Source of the DNA: an uncultured Rivularia sp.
GTDB taxonomy: Bacteria > Cyanobacteriota > Cyanobacteriia > Cyanobacteriales > Nostocaceae
DNA length: 64,000 nt
Reading direction: 5' to 3'
Assembly: GCA_963665115.1 (NCBI GenBank)
Contig: OY762007.1
Location: 8,256,001 to 8,320,000, forward strand
The notes below the pieces were generated by a model. The model saw only the letters and a program-made list of their open reading frames with translations. It was not told where the DNA came from and made no database searches. Of this stretch, positions 1-10,378 are shown piece after piece. Positions within the stretch are counted from its first letter, which is position 1, and each line of letters begins with the position of its first letter. The position numbers and the translations under genes were made by a program.

Positions 1-2063
1 TAGCTGCAACGATGACTTCAGGTATAGCCGCGATGCGAAACCGACTGAGCATAGCATTTAGGTTTATTTCTGCATCTTTTGCACCTGCTTCGCTAGAAAC
101 AAGTAATTTGATATATATTGAAGAATTCCGCCATTCAATGGTCGATCGCAACATATGAGCAAGCAATAACATTAATCCACCATTGTCTTGCATTCCTCCC
201 CACCATACATCTATACGGCGAAACTGCCCAAATCCACGTTGCTCATTTTCCCGCAAAATCATGACGCTGCGTTTGGCTTGATGAAGTTGTGCAATCATAT
301 TGCAGTATTGATCGCGTCTGGTAGCCTGTTCGCTGTCTCCTAATAAAATAATATTTGGTACCAAAGGACCTAATCCATAGGCTTCGACTAGTTGCAGCAT
401 TCCTTCAAAGGGGTTTGGTGCGTTTACAACACGGACTAACGCTTGCACGTGTTGCTTGTTCAACTGCTCGCGAATTGTATTTTCCAGATGCATTTGTCTA
501 GCTAAATCTCGCGTACCGCTTGATACAACGCTTGATACGGTAATAAAACCTCGTTTGTGGGTTAATGCATAAGCTAATTGAATCAACGACCAACGTTTAT
601 AGGGAGAACCAGAAAATACTAAAATATTAGGGCCGCCAGTTTTTGGTGTCTTCAACGCGGCTAATTTGAAAAATTCCCGTGCGGAGTAATGTCATCCAAA
701 TTCCTTGACGTACATCTCCCCAAGTAGTACTTAGTTCGCGTTGTTGCAACCAGAAAAATATTGCTAACACAATTGCCGCCGCAACTATCGTAGCAACTGC
801 ATTGATCAAGAACATCACCGCCAAACAGCCAATTCCCCCCAGCAAAGATAAAACCCAATGGACTTTAAAGCTAGGTCTAAATGAAGGACTTTGCAGCAAT
901 CCTTCGATAGTCGCCGAAACATTTAGTACTAAGTAAGTAGTCAGGAAAAACATTGTCAGCACCGGCGCAATCAAGTTTAAATCGCCAATGCATACCGCAG
1001 CAACTGCAACACCTAAAGTTACCCAAGTACCAATTCGCGGTTCGTCACTTTCACCGCTACCTCGACCTAAAAACGACATCCAGCGCGGTAAAATTCCATC
1101 TCTTGCTAAAGCTTGTAATACCCGAGGTGCAGCCAAAATACTACCCAAAGCACTTGACAAAGTAGCTCCCCATACACCTAATAAAATCGCCGGACCCCAG
1201 AAAGACATCATTTTCATTGCCAAGGGCACGCTAACCAAGGTTGCACTATCGGCACGCATGGCAATAATTAGCGGCAAAACCATGTAGACAACGTATCCCG
1301 TACCCACAGCGGCTAAGGTACCTCTAGGAATAGAGCGGCTGGGATTGCGTAAATCTCCTGACATACTAACCCCCGACATGATACCAGTTACCGCCGGGAA
1401 AAACACCGCGAACACTCCCCAAAAAGGTACGCTATCGGCAGGTATACTCCATCCTTGGGGTGTAACATCTGGTATTGCACCACCGAAAGCCAAAGATATA
1501 AGCGATAGGATAATAGCGCCCATGATTACATATTGTGCCTTGACAGCAACTTCCGCAGAAGTCACCGCCAAAATTGCCACCAAAATAGTTGTAACCAGAG
1601 CCACATAAGTTTGATTGAGGCTGCCAAAAGTTTGCACTACACTTTCAGCAAAACCGATGGTATAAAGAGCAATCGAAAGCGCTTGGGCAAAATAAAGAGA
1701 AATCCCTACAGCACCACCAACTTCAATCCCCAAACAGCGGCTAATCATATAATAAGCACCACCAACCCGCACAACCTTATCAGTGGCGATCGCGCAAACC
1801 GACAAAGAAGTCAGCAAAGTAATCGATGTGGCGAGGGTGACAATGATAAGAGAACCCACTAACCCCACATTGCCTACAACCCAGCCAAATCGTAGATACA
1901 TAATTACGCCCAAAATAGTCAAAATTGAAGGCGTATAAACTCCACCAAATGTCCCTAAACCAGGAGTTTGCGTTTCAACTGACTTCGACTCATTAGAGGT
2001 TTCCGGGGGTGAATCCTGCTTAAATAAAAACTTCATCGTCGATACAACTCCTCGTACAGCCAC
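1..2063 (-). CDS. Cation-chloride cotransporter (SLC12/CCC)-like amino acid permease; +1 frameshift at ~630-632; C-terminus runs off the window
   Basis: LGTFGGVYTPSILTILGVIMYLR, GGAYYMISR and FFPAVTGIMSG motifs. ORF stops at NWRP*, but removing one base from the GGG at 630-632 gives NWRPNILVFSGSP..., the expected start of the cytoplasmic domain. Confidence 0.85.
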
Positions 2064-2471
2064 CTGGTATATTCACAGTCGTTTCATTTTAGGCTGAAAC
2101 AAAAAATATTCAACTATTCCGTGTTACAGATGAGGATTGGGAATTGGGCATGGGGGATTGGGGATTGGGGATTAAAAATAGAATTGTAGGTTGGGTTGAA
2201 TGGAGTGAAACCCAACACCCTACAAAATCAGTATACATTTAAGGAACCAGCTACTAGCTAGTTGTATCAATAATAATAACCAACAAATTAGAAAATAAAA
2301 CTAAGATTTTGTTTAGACAGTAGATTTGTAGAAAAGGCGATCACTCATAATTACTAAGTGTAAAAATTCTTTTAAACGTAATTATTCATGCTTAATATCT
2401 ACGTACTGCTTGATATTGACTCCTAATGCCCAATACCTAAGTCAAAAGAAATATTCATGTTGTGAATTTAT

Positions 2472-4871
2472 ATGAACTTTGTAGTTCTCGATACCGAGGG
2501 CAACCCGGAATTAAGCGAACTGGCTTTAGTGGATAGTCAGGGCATTTTAATCTACGAAGGGTTTTCTAGCGACCATCCTAATAATAATAATTCTTTTAAA
2601 CCTAACCTTAAAAGTTTAAAGACTTTACTATTAGAGTTTTCCGATATTGTTAAAGGCAAGAAAATTGTTTGTCACTATGCCGAACACGATATTAAAGTAC
2701 TTAAATTTAGTTTCCGAAAAGTTGATTTAAAAATGCCTTCCCTTGAATTTGATTGCACTTGTATAAGAGCAAGAAATGATTGGTTAGGGCTAGAAAGTTA
2801 CTCTTTAGAATATTTAAGTAAGTACTTAAATCTGCGAGCTAATAACCGCTATTTTATCCCGGATATGGCTCATTGCGCCCGGTATGATGCAGAGTTTACC
2901 TACTATCTTTATCTCAAATTAATGATTTCACAATTAAAAGACCGACCAAATCCTTTTAGTGGTAGTCGCGTTGATACTCCCTTTCAAAATCATCCCGATT
3001 ACCTTGATACCTATCACCAACAGTTTGTTACTCTTGAATCTATATTAAAAGATATAAAACTCGACTCTAATCGTCAAAGCAAAGGAGCGGTTGTAATTGG
3101 AGAACCGGGTTCGGGTAAAACTCACTTAATGATGCGGTTAGCGCAAGCGCGATTATCAAGTAATCGACTGCTTTTCATCCGTCAACCTAATAATTCTTCG
3201 TCAGTACTGTACCATATTTACAGCCGTATTTTGGAGTCTTTAGTTGAGCAGGTTGGTTCTTTTACTCAATTAGATTATCTAATAATTAATAGCTTTGATA
3301 AAATTGTTGCCGATCTATCAACTCTTACTAAGAAAGACCAAGAAATTCTCAAAGCATTAAAAGATGATAATATAGATGCTCTTGGGGGAGAAGGAACTTA
3401 TACTAAGGCAGTATACTGGCAACACATTCACAAACGAATTAATGACTGGTGGGGCAAAAATTACTCGGCTGGTGGTTTTGCTTTCTCAATTCTCAAAGGA
3501 ATTATCAAGTATTGTAGCTACACTGACTATAATTATAAAAATATTGCTACACGTTGGCTAGCAGGTCAGACTGTTTCAGATGAAGAAGCAAAAAAAGTTG
3601 GTTTACCAAATTGGCAAGATAATCTCAGCTTAGAAGAATTTTCTTTAGAAGCAATTTCGGTTTTAGGTAAACTATCTATTCTTGATGAGCCATTAATTAT
3701 TATTTTCGATCAGCTGGAAGGATTGGGACTTCCCCAAAACCGGGAGATATTGCTTAAGTTTGGAGAAACTATTAAGGAAATTTTCACCCACGTTCCTAAT
3801 AGCTTGATGATTTTAAATATGTTTCCCAACCGCTGGGAACAGTTTCAAGCTACTTTTGATAATTCAATTACTGGTCGGGTATCTCAATACCAAATTCATT
3901 TACAAAGACCGCAAGAAGAAGAACTTTTTTCTATTCTTAAGGTCAAACTTCAAAATATTAATGTTCCTTTAGAACAGATATTTTTATCCGAAGATTTAGA
4001 TGATATTCTTGCACAAAAATCTATTCGTGAGGTTTTGAATCGAGCAGCTAACTATTATGATTACAGGGTCCGTCAAATTCCCTTAGTTTCTAAAAAGGAA
4101 AATGTTCGCAAGCTAGAAGGTAATGAAAAAATAGAACAGCAGTTGCGAGAATTAACTTCTGGGCAGCAGAAATTTACAAAAATACTTGTCAACATCATAC
4201 AGGAGATGCAAGACCCTGGTTCAGTTGATATGACAGAGTTGTTACAAAAGCTTGGTATTTCTGAAGATAATGATGAAGGAGATCCAATAGAAAAATATAT
4301 TATTGAGTATTTAACCAAGCAAAAAGCTTATTTGGAAGCGCAATATCATAAACTGCCAATTATTTCTGACTCCGATGATATCGGTAAACTTAAAACTATT
4401 GCCGAAGCTTTCAACCATATCAAACCGACGAAATTGACTTTCTATCGATTAGGAAAACGGGTGTTACCAGAGCATATTGTAATTGAAACAGAGCGTGAAA
4501 ACTATGTACTGGGTTTTCTGCAAATGTCTCCTAATGCCTCTTTCACAAGTCGAATTGGTAATTTCAATGAGTTAGTATGCTCGCATCCCAAAGACAGCTT
4601 TAGTTTATTCCGGGATGAGCGCTTAACTGAAATTAAAGGTCCTGTTGCCAAACAAAAGGCAATTCAGTTGAAAAACTCTCCTAATGGCAATTTTGTGTTA
4701 TTTTCTAAACCGGATCGAATTCACTTAGAACTAACTTATAAATTGATTATTGATATTCAAAATAAAGATTTGGATGTTGATTTAGAGTCAGCTTTAAAGA
4801 TTTTGATCGCTAAATCCGAATGGTATCACTGGCTATTCAATATGTTTGGTTTTACTGAACCAACAGCATAA
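2472..4871 (+). CDS. DEDDh (DnaQ-like) 3'-5' exonuclease fused to a P-loop/AAA+-type ATPase
   Basis: ExoI VLDTEG, ExoII HYAEHD, ExoIII HCARYDA in the first ~150 aa; Walker A GEPGSGKT; Walker B IIIFDQLE. Confidence 0.8.
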   Translation: MNFVVLDTEGNPELSELALVDSQGILIYEGFSSDHPNNNNSFKPNLKSLKTLLLEFSDIVKGKKIVCHYAEHDIKVLKFSFRKVDLKMPSLEFDCTCIRARNDWLGLESYSLEYLSKYLNLRANNRYFIPDMAHCARYDAEFTYYLYLKLMISQLKDRPNPFSGSRVDTPFQNHPDYLDTYHQQFVTLESILKDIKLDSNRQSKGAVVIGEPGSGKTHLMMRLAQARLSSNRLLFIRQPNNSSSVLYHIYSRILESLVEQVGSFTQLDYLIINSFDKIVADLSTLTKKDQEILKALKDDNIDALGGEGTYTKAVYWQHIHKRINDWWGKNYSAGGFAFSILKGIIKYCSYTDYNYKNIATRWLAGQTVSDEEAKKVGLPNWQDNLSLEEFSLEAISVLGKLSILDEPLIIIFDQLEGLGLPQNREILLKFGETIKEIFTHVPNSLMILNMFPNRWEQFQATFDNSITGRVSQYQIHLQRPQEEELFSILKVKLQNINVPLEQIFLSEDLDDILAQKSIREVLNRAANYYDYRVRQIPLVSKKENVRKLEGNEKIEQQLRELTSGQQKFTKILVNIIQEMQDPGSVDMTELLQKLGISEDNDEGDPIEKYIIEYLTKQKAYLEAQYHKLPIISDSDDIGKLKTIAEAFNHIKPTKLTFYRLGKRVLPEHIVIETERENYVLGFLQMSPNASFTSRIGNFNELVCSHPKDSFSLFRDERLTEIKGPVAKQKAIQLKNSPNGNFVLFSKPDRIHLELTYKLIIDIQNKDLDVDLESALKILIAKSEWYHWLFNMFGFTEPTA

Positions 4872-4931
4872 GTAAAATCAAGCTCTTACCAATTACCAAT
4901 TACCCATTACCAATTACCCATTACCAATCCC

Positions 4932-5717
4932 CTATGCCCCATTCCCCAATACCGAATGCAATTTCACCACCGCACCAATGACGACAATCGCTGGTGCTTC
5001 AAAGCCGGTTTTTTCAATTTGCTCGACGATTGTTCCTAATTCACCGATTAATTCTTCTTGCTCTGGGCGTGTTCCCCAACGTATCAAACCTATGGGAGTA
5101 TCTACGCTCAAATCTGCTTTTAATAGCTCTTCTACAATATTAGGTAAATTTTGAACTCCCATGTATATCACAATTGTTTCCGAACCTTTGGCAACGCTTA
5201 ACCAATCGACTGCGGGACGATATTTTCCTACTGATTCGTGCCCAGTAACAAACGTCACGGATGAACTATAAAGTCGATGGGTTAAGGGAATACCGGCATA
5301 GGCAGGAGCGGCGATTCCCGATGTGATTCCGGGCACTACTTCAACAGAAACTCCAGCTTTAATTAAATCCTCCATCTCTTCGCCACCACGCCCAAAAACA
5401 AACGGATCGCCGCCTTTCAAGCGCACCACAATAGCATTATCTTGGGCTTTTTCAATCAATAATTCGGTGGTTTGATTTTGTAATAAAGAATGTCTTCCCC
5501 GGCGTTTACCGGCGTTAATTTTTTCGGCACGGGGATTAATCATTAAGAGAATTTCTGGGCTTACTAAAGCATCATATATAACTACGTCGGCAGTTTCTAA
5601 CAACGCTTTTCCCTTGATAGTCATTAACCCCGCATCTCCGGGTCCCGCACCTACTAGATACACTTTTCCCGTAGCTTTTTGCGTGTTTTCCCGGTTCATT
5701 TTTGCATCAAATCCCAA
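4932..5717 (-). CDS. cobA: Uroporphyrinogen-III C-methyltransferase (probable start at 5699)
   Basis: VYLVGAGPGD, RLKGGDPFVFGRGGEE and VPGITS motifs. Confidence 0.95.
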   Translation of the reverse strand: MGFDAKMNRENTQKATGKVYLVGAGPGDAGLMTIKGKALLETADVVIYDALVSPEILLMINPRAEKINAGKRRGRHSLLQNQTTELLIEKAQDNAIVVRLKGGDPFVFGRGGEEMEDLIKAGVSVEVVPGITSGIAAPAYAGIPLTHRLYSSSVTFVTGHESVGKYRPAVDWLSVAKGSETIVIYMGVQNLPNIVEELLKADLSVDTPIGLIRWGTRPEQEELIGELGTIVEQIEKTGFEAPAIVVIGAVVKLHSVLGNGA

Positions 5718-6466
5718 ATCAGATCGGTTAATTCCCCATTTCCTCCCAAAGGTTCGTATAATTCAAAACTCACCCCAGGAAACAGTAATTTTAAATCTTG
5801 TATAGATTGCGCGATGGCATCGGTGATACCACCCGCGAATAAAAAATAAGGTATAATCGCAATTTTTTTCTTACCATCAGCGACTAACTGAACAACAATA
5901 TCTTTCAAACTGGGAGACACAGCCCAATAAGCAGCAACCGCATTCAAAGAAATTGCCATTGCTTCAATACTGTTATTTGCTTCCACGCGACGGCTACCGT
6001 GAGCTACAATTATTCTGCCATCTAAAGAAGTATCGGTTATTTTTTTTGCCAGCAATCTTTGCAAACCGAAATGTGAACCTAAATATGGTTGCAACTCGAT
6101 GAAAATATCATCACCCAAATTTTGTTTAACTAATTTTTGAGCTAATTTCACCTCTTCGGGAATATCTTCGGTAACGTGAATTCCTGAGAGTAAAAATAAA
6201 GGTAATATTTTCACACAGCGACAACCCGAAGCAATAACTTTTTGGCTGAAATCTACAATTTGCTCGTGTAGCGGTTGAGGATGTAATTCCAGATAAGCCG
6301 TACCTATTTGATAATCGCATTTCGTTGGCGACAATATATTACCAATCGCATCAGAATTTGAGTTACTTTTTAATTTATTGCTGAGATTTTGCGCTAACTC
6401 TTCCATCGCGACTTGCGGACGCGGATCTCTACTTCCGTGGGATACTAATAAATATGCTGCTGACAT
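5696..6466 (-). CDS. Sirohydrochlorin chelatase (CbiX/SirB family)
   Basis: Two HGSR motifs, PLFL..G.H...DIP; overlaps cobA. Confidence 0.9.
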   Translation of the reverse strand: MSAAYLLVSHGSRDPRPQVAMEELAQNLSNKLKSNSNSDAIGNILSPTKCDYQIGTAYLELHPQPLHEQIVDFSQKVIASGCRCVKILPLFLLSGIHVTEDIPEEVKLAQKLVKQNLGDDIFIELQPYLGSHFGLQRLLAKKITDTSLDGRIIVAHGSRRVEANNSIEAMAISLNAVAAYWAVSPSLKDIVVQLVADGKKKIAIIPYFLFAGGITDAIAQSIQDLKLLFPGVSFELYEPLGGNGELTDLIWDLMQK

Positions 6467-6656
6467 TGGTGGAAAAAATTTTTGACTATATTACGGGATT
6501 TGTAACTAGTTTAGATTATTCGGACGGGCAGGGATGCCTATCCCACAAGAAATTGTAGGATGTGTGACGTTTTTATTAATTAGAATACATAATTATAATT
6601 GTTGATAGCGTCACGCACCAAATCCGAGTCTTAAACATATCATTATAATGATTAAA

Positions 6657-7210
6657 CTGCGTCTACATCCACCTGGGAATGCAATTAAGAGGCTAATAGC
6701 AAAAGTCCATTAAAATGGACTGAAAATATTATGAATCAAATCTAATGAATAAATTTGAATTCAGCAGAAAAGCAACTTCCAATAAACAAAAATTAACCGC
6801 GTTAAATCAAGAAAAATTAAAGGCTGTATTATCTTTTTTTTCCTCTCTACACGAAAATGGAGAAATTAACGATAAAACCTTGGAAGTGCTAATTCTTTAT
6901 GCTTATTCAATATTTGTAGAAAATCAAGTTGAAATTTTAGTTGAAGAAACCTTAGAACGAAAATTGATGACATTTTTGCGTTCTAAATTTGAAACTAATT
7001 CCTAGCCAGAGACTAAGAACCCTCTGCGCCTACATCCGCTAAGGGTTGCAAACCCTTAGCTAATAGCAAAAGTCCATTAAAATGGACTAAAAATGTTATT
7101 CACAAATAACGCATGGTGAAATACAAAATGAACAATGCCGATTGAAAATATTACATAGTCGTCTTGAGACGACTTTCGCTATTAGACTCTTAATTGCAAC
7201 CCCCGGCGGA
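6657..7210. repeat. Three copies of a ~55-74 bp palindrome-containing repeat: direct copies at 6657-6730 and 7024-7097, inverted copy at 7156-7210
   Basis: Shared core CTAATAGCRAAAGTC-n-GACT; GCTAATAGCAAAAGTCCATTAAAATGGACT is identical in copies 1 and 2. Confidence 0.85.
6745..7005 (+). CDS. Hypothetical 86-aa protein between direct repeats
   Basis: ATG-started ORF filling the space between two repeat copies; no recognisable motif. Confidence 0.5.
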   Translation: MNKFEFSRKATSNKQKLTALNQEKLKAVLSFFSSLHENGEINDKTLEVLILYAYSIFVENQVEILVEETLERKLMTFLRSKFETNS

Positions 7211-7218
7211 GTTGAGAA

Positions 7219-8919
7219 TCACACCGCTAAAACCTGACGCACTGCTGCTGACATCAATTTATCTCTATCCCCGATAGACTGCGTTAGCTTCGCTTCAAGT
7301 TCGTCGCATAAGGACATTAGTTGGTTTACTTTGGTGACGATGCGGTGTTGTTCGTTGAGTGGGGGGAGGGGGATAGCTAAATTAAGAAGCTCAGACTGAC
7401 GAATACCACTAACTGTTACACCTGTGCCAACAATATCTAAAGTTAAGTAACTATTGTAAAAATAATTAATATCGATTTCTTTTGGTAATTGAAGAGCTTT
7501 TAAATCTTGATTAATTGCTAAATCTATTTTGTTGATTGCAATTTTGCCTAATCCCATTCTTGTACAAACTATTATCCTATTTTTAGGAATTAAATTGGTA
7601 CTACTTTTTTTAATTGCTTCTTCTGTAATATAATCAATAGTTTTTTCAAGATATTTTTTTTCTTTTAAATCTTTGACACTTGCCCAAGGAATTGTACCAC
7701 TCCAAAACTGTGGATTATTTTTACTTGGAGTTCCACCTCCAGTGATAGAAAGAATTATTTTTCCAACTTTCACCCACTCCCAACCCTGCGGCAATTCAAA
7801 AGCCATCTCACCCACATCAACAGGCGGCAACTCCTTCGACTTCTTAATCTTCCCTTCCTTAACCAACCTTTCCTTTTCTTCCTTAATCTTCTCCAACAAA
7901 ACCGCAGCGGGTTCATCATCAGGATTTTGCGGAACTAACTTACCCATGACAGCGAGTTGCAGAATAGCTTGACGCAGTTGTTTGACGTTTTCGGGGGTGC
8001 TGTAAAGTAAGTCGAAGTTGTCGCTGATGGTTTTCCAGTGCTGGTTAAAGGTTTCTTTCGTGGTAGGTGTGAGTAATTTGGTAGTTGCGACTTCTCCTAA
8101 TTTGAGAATGCGATCGCGCTTGTTTTGCGATCGTGTTTCCAATTCGTCGCATAGTTTCATCAGCGCGTCTACTTTGGTGACGATTCGGTGTTGTTCGTTG
8201 AGTGGGGGGAGGGGGATTAATATATTTGCTACTTGCGGTTGACTGATAGATGCTTGTCCAGAAGCTTGTTTCGCATCATTCTGAAAAAGTGAGCGTATTC
8301 TATCAGTTCTGAAAAATAAATTAATATAATCAGGTATATTACTTTTTTGAATAAATCTTACTCTTATATTCATAGCCTCAAATACTAAAGGCTCATTAAT
8401 ATCTTTGATTACAGCGGATTTACCAACTAATTCTCGACTGTTAACTCTATTAACAATAAAGTCACCAGGCATAAGTGTATATTGTTGTAATTCTTTATCA
8501 TCAACAATAATTCTTTTTAGTTTTGTTAACCTTATTTCACCATCTTGAATATTAAACATTCTAATACAACCAATACCATCATTAGAGTAGTATTTAGCTG
8601 GTTTGTAAAGTCCATTTGTCATTGATTCAATTATTTTCCCCAACCTCACCCACTCCCAACCCTGCGGTAAATCAAAAGCCATCTCACCCACATCAACAGG
8701 TGGCAATTTCTTCGACTTCTTAATCTTCCCTTCCTTAACCAACCTTTCCTTTTCTTCCTTAATCTTCTCCAACAAAACCGCAGCGGGTTCATCATCGGGA
8801 TTTTGCGGAACTAACTTTCCCTGTACGGCTAATTGTAAAATCAATTCTCGTAATTTCTGCACGCCATTTGGTGCATCTGCGAATAATTCAAAGTTGGAAA
8901 AAAAGGTTTCTAAATTCAT
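7219..8919 (-). CDS. hsdS: Type I R-M specificity subunit (EcoAI/type IB-like architecture)
   Basis: Two LAVxGKLVPQNPDDEPA...LPQGWEWV repeats, two PLPPLNEQHRIV motifs, two TRDs. Confidence 0.95.
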   Translation of the reverse strand: MNLETFFSNFELFADAPNGVQKLRELILQLAVQGKLVPQNPDDEPAAVLLEKIKEEKERLVKEGKIKKSKKLPPVDVGEMAFDLPQGWEWVRLGKIIESMTNGLYKPAKYYSNDGIGCIRMFNIQDGEIRLTKLKRIIVDDKELQQYTLMPGDFIVNRVNSRELVGKSAVIKDINEPLVFEAMNIRVRFIQKSNIPDYINLFFRTDRIRSLFQNDAKQASGQASISQPQVANILIPLPPLNEQHRIVTKVDALMKLCDELETRSQNKRDRILKLGEVATTKLLTPTTKETFNQHWKTISDNFDLLYSTPENVKQLRQAILQLAVMGKLVPQNPDDEPAAVLLEKIKEEKERLVKEGKIKKSKELPPVDVGEMAFELPQGWEWVKVGKIILSITGGGTPSKNNPQFWSGTIPWASVKDLKEKKYLEKTIDYITEEAIKKSSTNLIPKNRIIVCTRMGLGKIAINKIDLAINQDLKALQLPKEIDINYFYNSYLTLDIVGTGVTVSGIRQSELLNLAIPLPPLNEQHRIVTKVNQLMSLCDELEAKLTQSIGDRDKLMSAAVRQVLAV

Positions 8920-8960
8920 AAATTGTTTTGATTGAATTCTAATTTAATACTTTACTTTTG

Positions 8961-9047
8961 ACCTCTCTCCAAACCTCTCTCCTAAGAGGAGAGAGGCTTT
9001 GAAATTTTCCCCATTCCCTAGCAGGGAAGGGGGTTAGGGGGTTAGGT
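8961..9047. repeat. Cyanobacterial GC-rich palindromic intergenic element
   Basis: CCTCTCTCCT-AAG-AGGAGAGAGG and TTCCCT-AGC-AGGGAA hairpins; similar element at ~43822-43883. Confidence 0.7.
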
Positions 9048-9055
9048 TTCTATAT

Positions 9056-9676
9056 TCACGCATTAACACTCGCTAAATAAGCTTGAATCGGATTTAAAAT
9101 AATTCCTAAAATCTTATCAACTTGATTAATATAATATTCCACCATATCAATACAAACCTTATTTTCATTTAACGTCAAAAAACGCCAAGCTGTACCAGTA
9201 GTAACAACACCATAAATAACCGGAATATCAAGATTTTGACGTTGATTAAAAATCTGAGATGCTACCATTTCCGCAATACATTGTCCCAAACCGCTGATAA
9301 TATTTTCATTCTTTGCTTCTACAATCGTAATTACCGGAGCGCTAATAAAAAATTGCTCTGAAGAAGCACTAATTAAAAAATCGCAATAACCCAAAAGTCC
9401 TTTTTCAATATCGACATTAAAATCCGTACCAGAAAACAAGCTAACTTGATTATTTAATTGTCTTCTAACTTCACTTAAAATCGGTGCAATCAGAAATTCA
9501 GATCGAGCTTTTTCTGTTCCGATTGCGGTAGCTAAAGGAATATAATCTTGTAAAATAACGGTTAAAATTTCCGATGGCTCAACCGCTGGAATATGATTAA
9601 ATAAATTTTGCGTTTCATCAACCGTCAATCCGAAATCTGATTTAACTTTAGCTAAAGTAAAATTACTGTATGCCAT
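9056..9676 (-). CDS. PD-(D/E)XK-fold protein (HsdR N-terminal-like, common cyanobacterial family)
   Basis: EKARSE, GYCDFL, VEAK, GLGQCIAEM, YGVVTTG..W motifs. Confidence 0.7.
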   Translation of the reverse strand: MAYSNFTLAKVKSDFGLTVDETQNLFNHIPAVEPSEILTVILQDYIPLATAIGTEKARSEFLIAPILSEVRRQLNNQVSLFSGTDFNVDIEKGLLGYCDFLISASSEQFFISAPVITIVEAKNENIISGLGQCIAEMVASQIFNQRQNLDIPVIYGVVTTGTAWRFLTLNENKVCIDMVEYYINQVDKILGIILNPIQAYLASVNA

Positions 9677-9696
9677 CAGAAAACCTCAGAGTATTC

Positions 9697-10269
9697 CTAA
9701 ACATCACCTGCTGCAAAAACTTGTTCAACTGTCAATGAAAGCTCTGGAAATAGCGGAGAAACAATTACTTGATTCCCGGTAAAAACTGTTTCATCATATA
9801 AGCCTTCATTTAGTAACAAAATTGTAATTTTATTTTCTAATGGATCTATAATCCAATATTCGGGTATTTCTAAAGCTGCATATTCCGATCTTTTATACCG
9901 ATAATCTCGCTTTATCGATTCTGGGCTTACTACTTCAACTGCTAATAAAGGAGGTATTTGAAAAACTGCTGATTCTTTCAATAATTCTTTTACCGTATCA
10001 GTTGAAACAACACAAACATCCATTAATCTTGATTTACGCCATCCCGTGCGAATACTGGCTTCTTTTAAACATAATAATGGTAAATTTAAACGAGTAATTT
10101 CTGCTTTAAAATTATCTCGAATAAAATCAGAAATTAATAAATGGATAAAAGTTGGCGGATTAACTAATTCCAACCTCCCATCAAGCAATTCATAACGATT
10201 TTCTGTACCATCGTCATAACTAAGATATTCTGCAAAACTGAATAACTGCTGTACTGTTTGTGCTGTCAT
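9697..10269 (-). CDS. Uma2/DUF820 family endonuclease-fold protein
   Basis: RYELLDG, LAVEVVSP, RDYRYKRSEY, IPEYWIIDP motifs. Confidence 0.9.
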   Translation of the reverse strand: MTAQTVQQLFSFAEYLSYDDGTENRYELLDGRLELVNPPTFIHLLISDFIRDNFKAEITRLNLPLLCLKEASIRTGWRKSRLMDVCVVSTDTVKELLKESAVFQIPPLLAVEVVSPESIKRDYRYKRSEYAALEIPEYWIIDPLENKITILLLNEGLYDETVFTGNQVIVSPLFPELSLTVEQVFAAGDV

Positions 10270-10301
10270 TTTACTATTTATCCGTACTTTTAAGGTTATG
10301 A

Positions 10302-10378
10302 GATCCCCCTAAATCCCCCTAAAGAAGGGGGACTTTAACTCCGGTTCCCCCCTTTTAAAAGGGGGGTTAGGGGGGATC
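10302..10378. repeat. GATC-bounded palindromic element abutting the hsdM stop codon
   Basis: GATCCCCCTAAATCCCCCT...GGGGGGTTAGGGGGGATC with internal hairpins. Confidence 0.75.

Noticed and set aside
6657..7210. Repeat copies as a mini-CRISPR
   Set aside because: Only two direct copies ~370 bp apart plus one inverted copy; spacing incompatible with CRISPR
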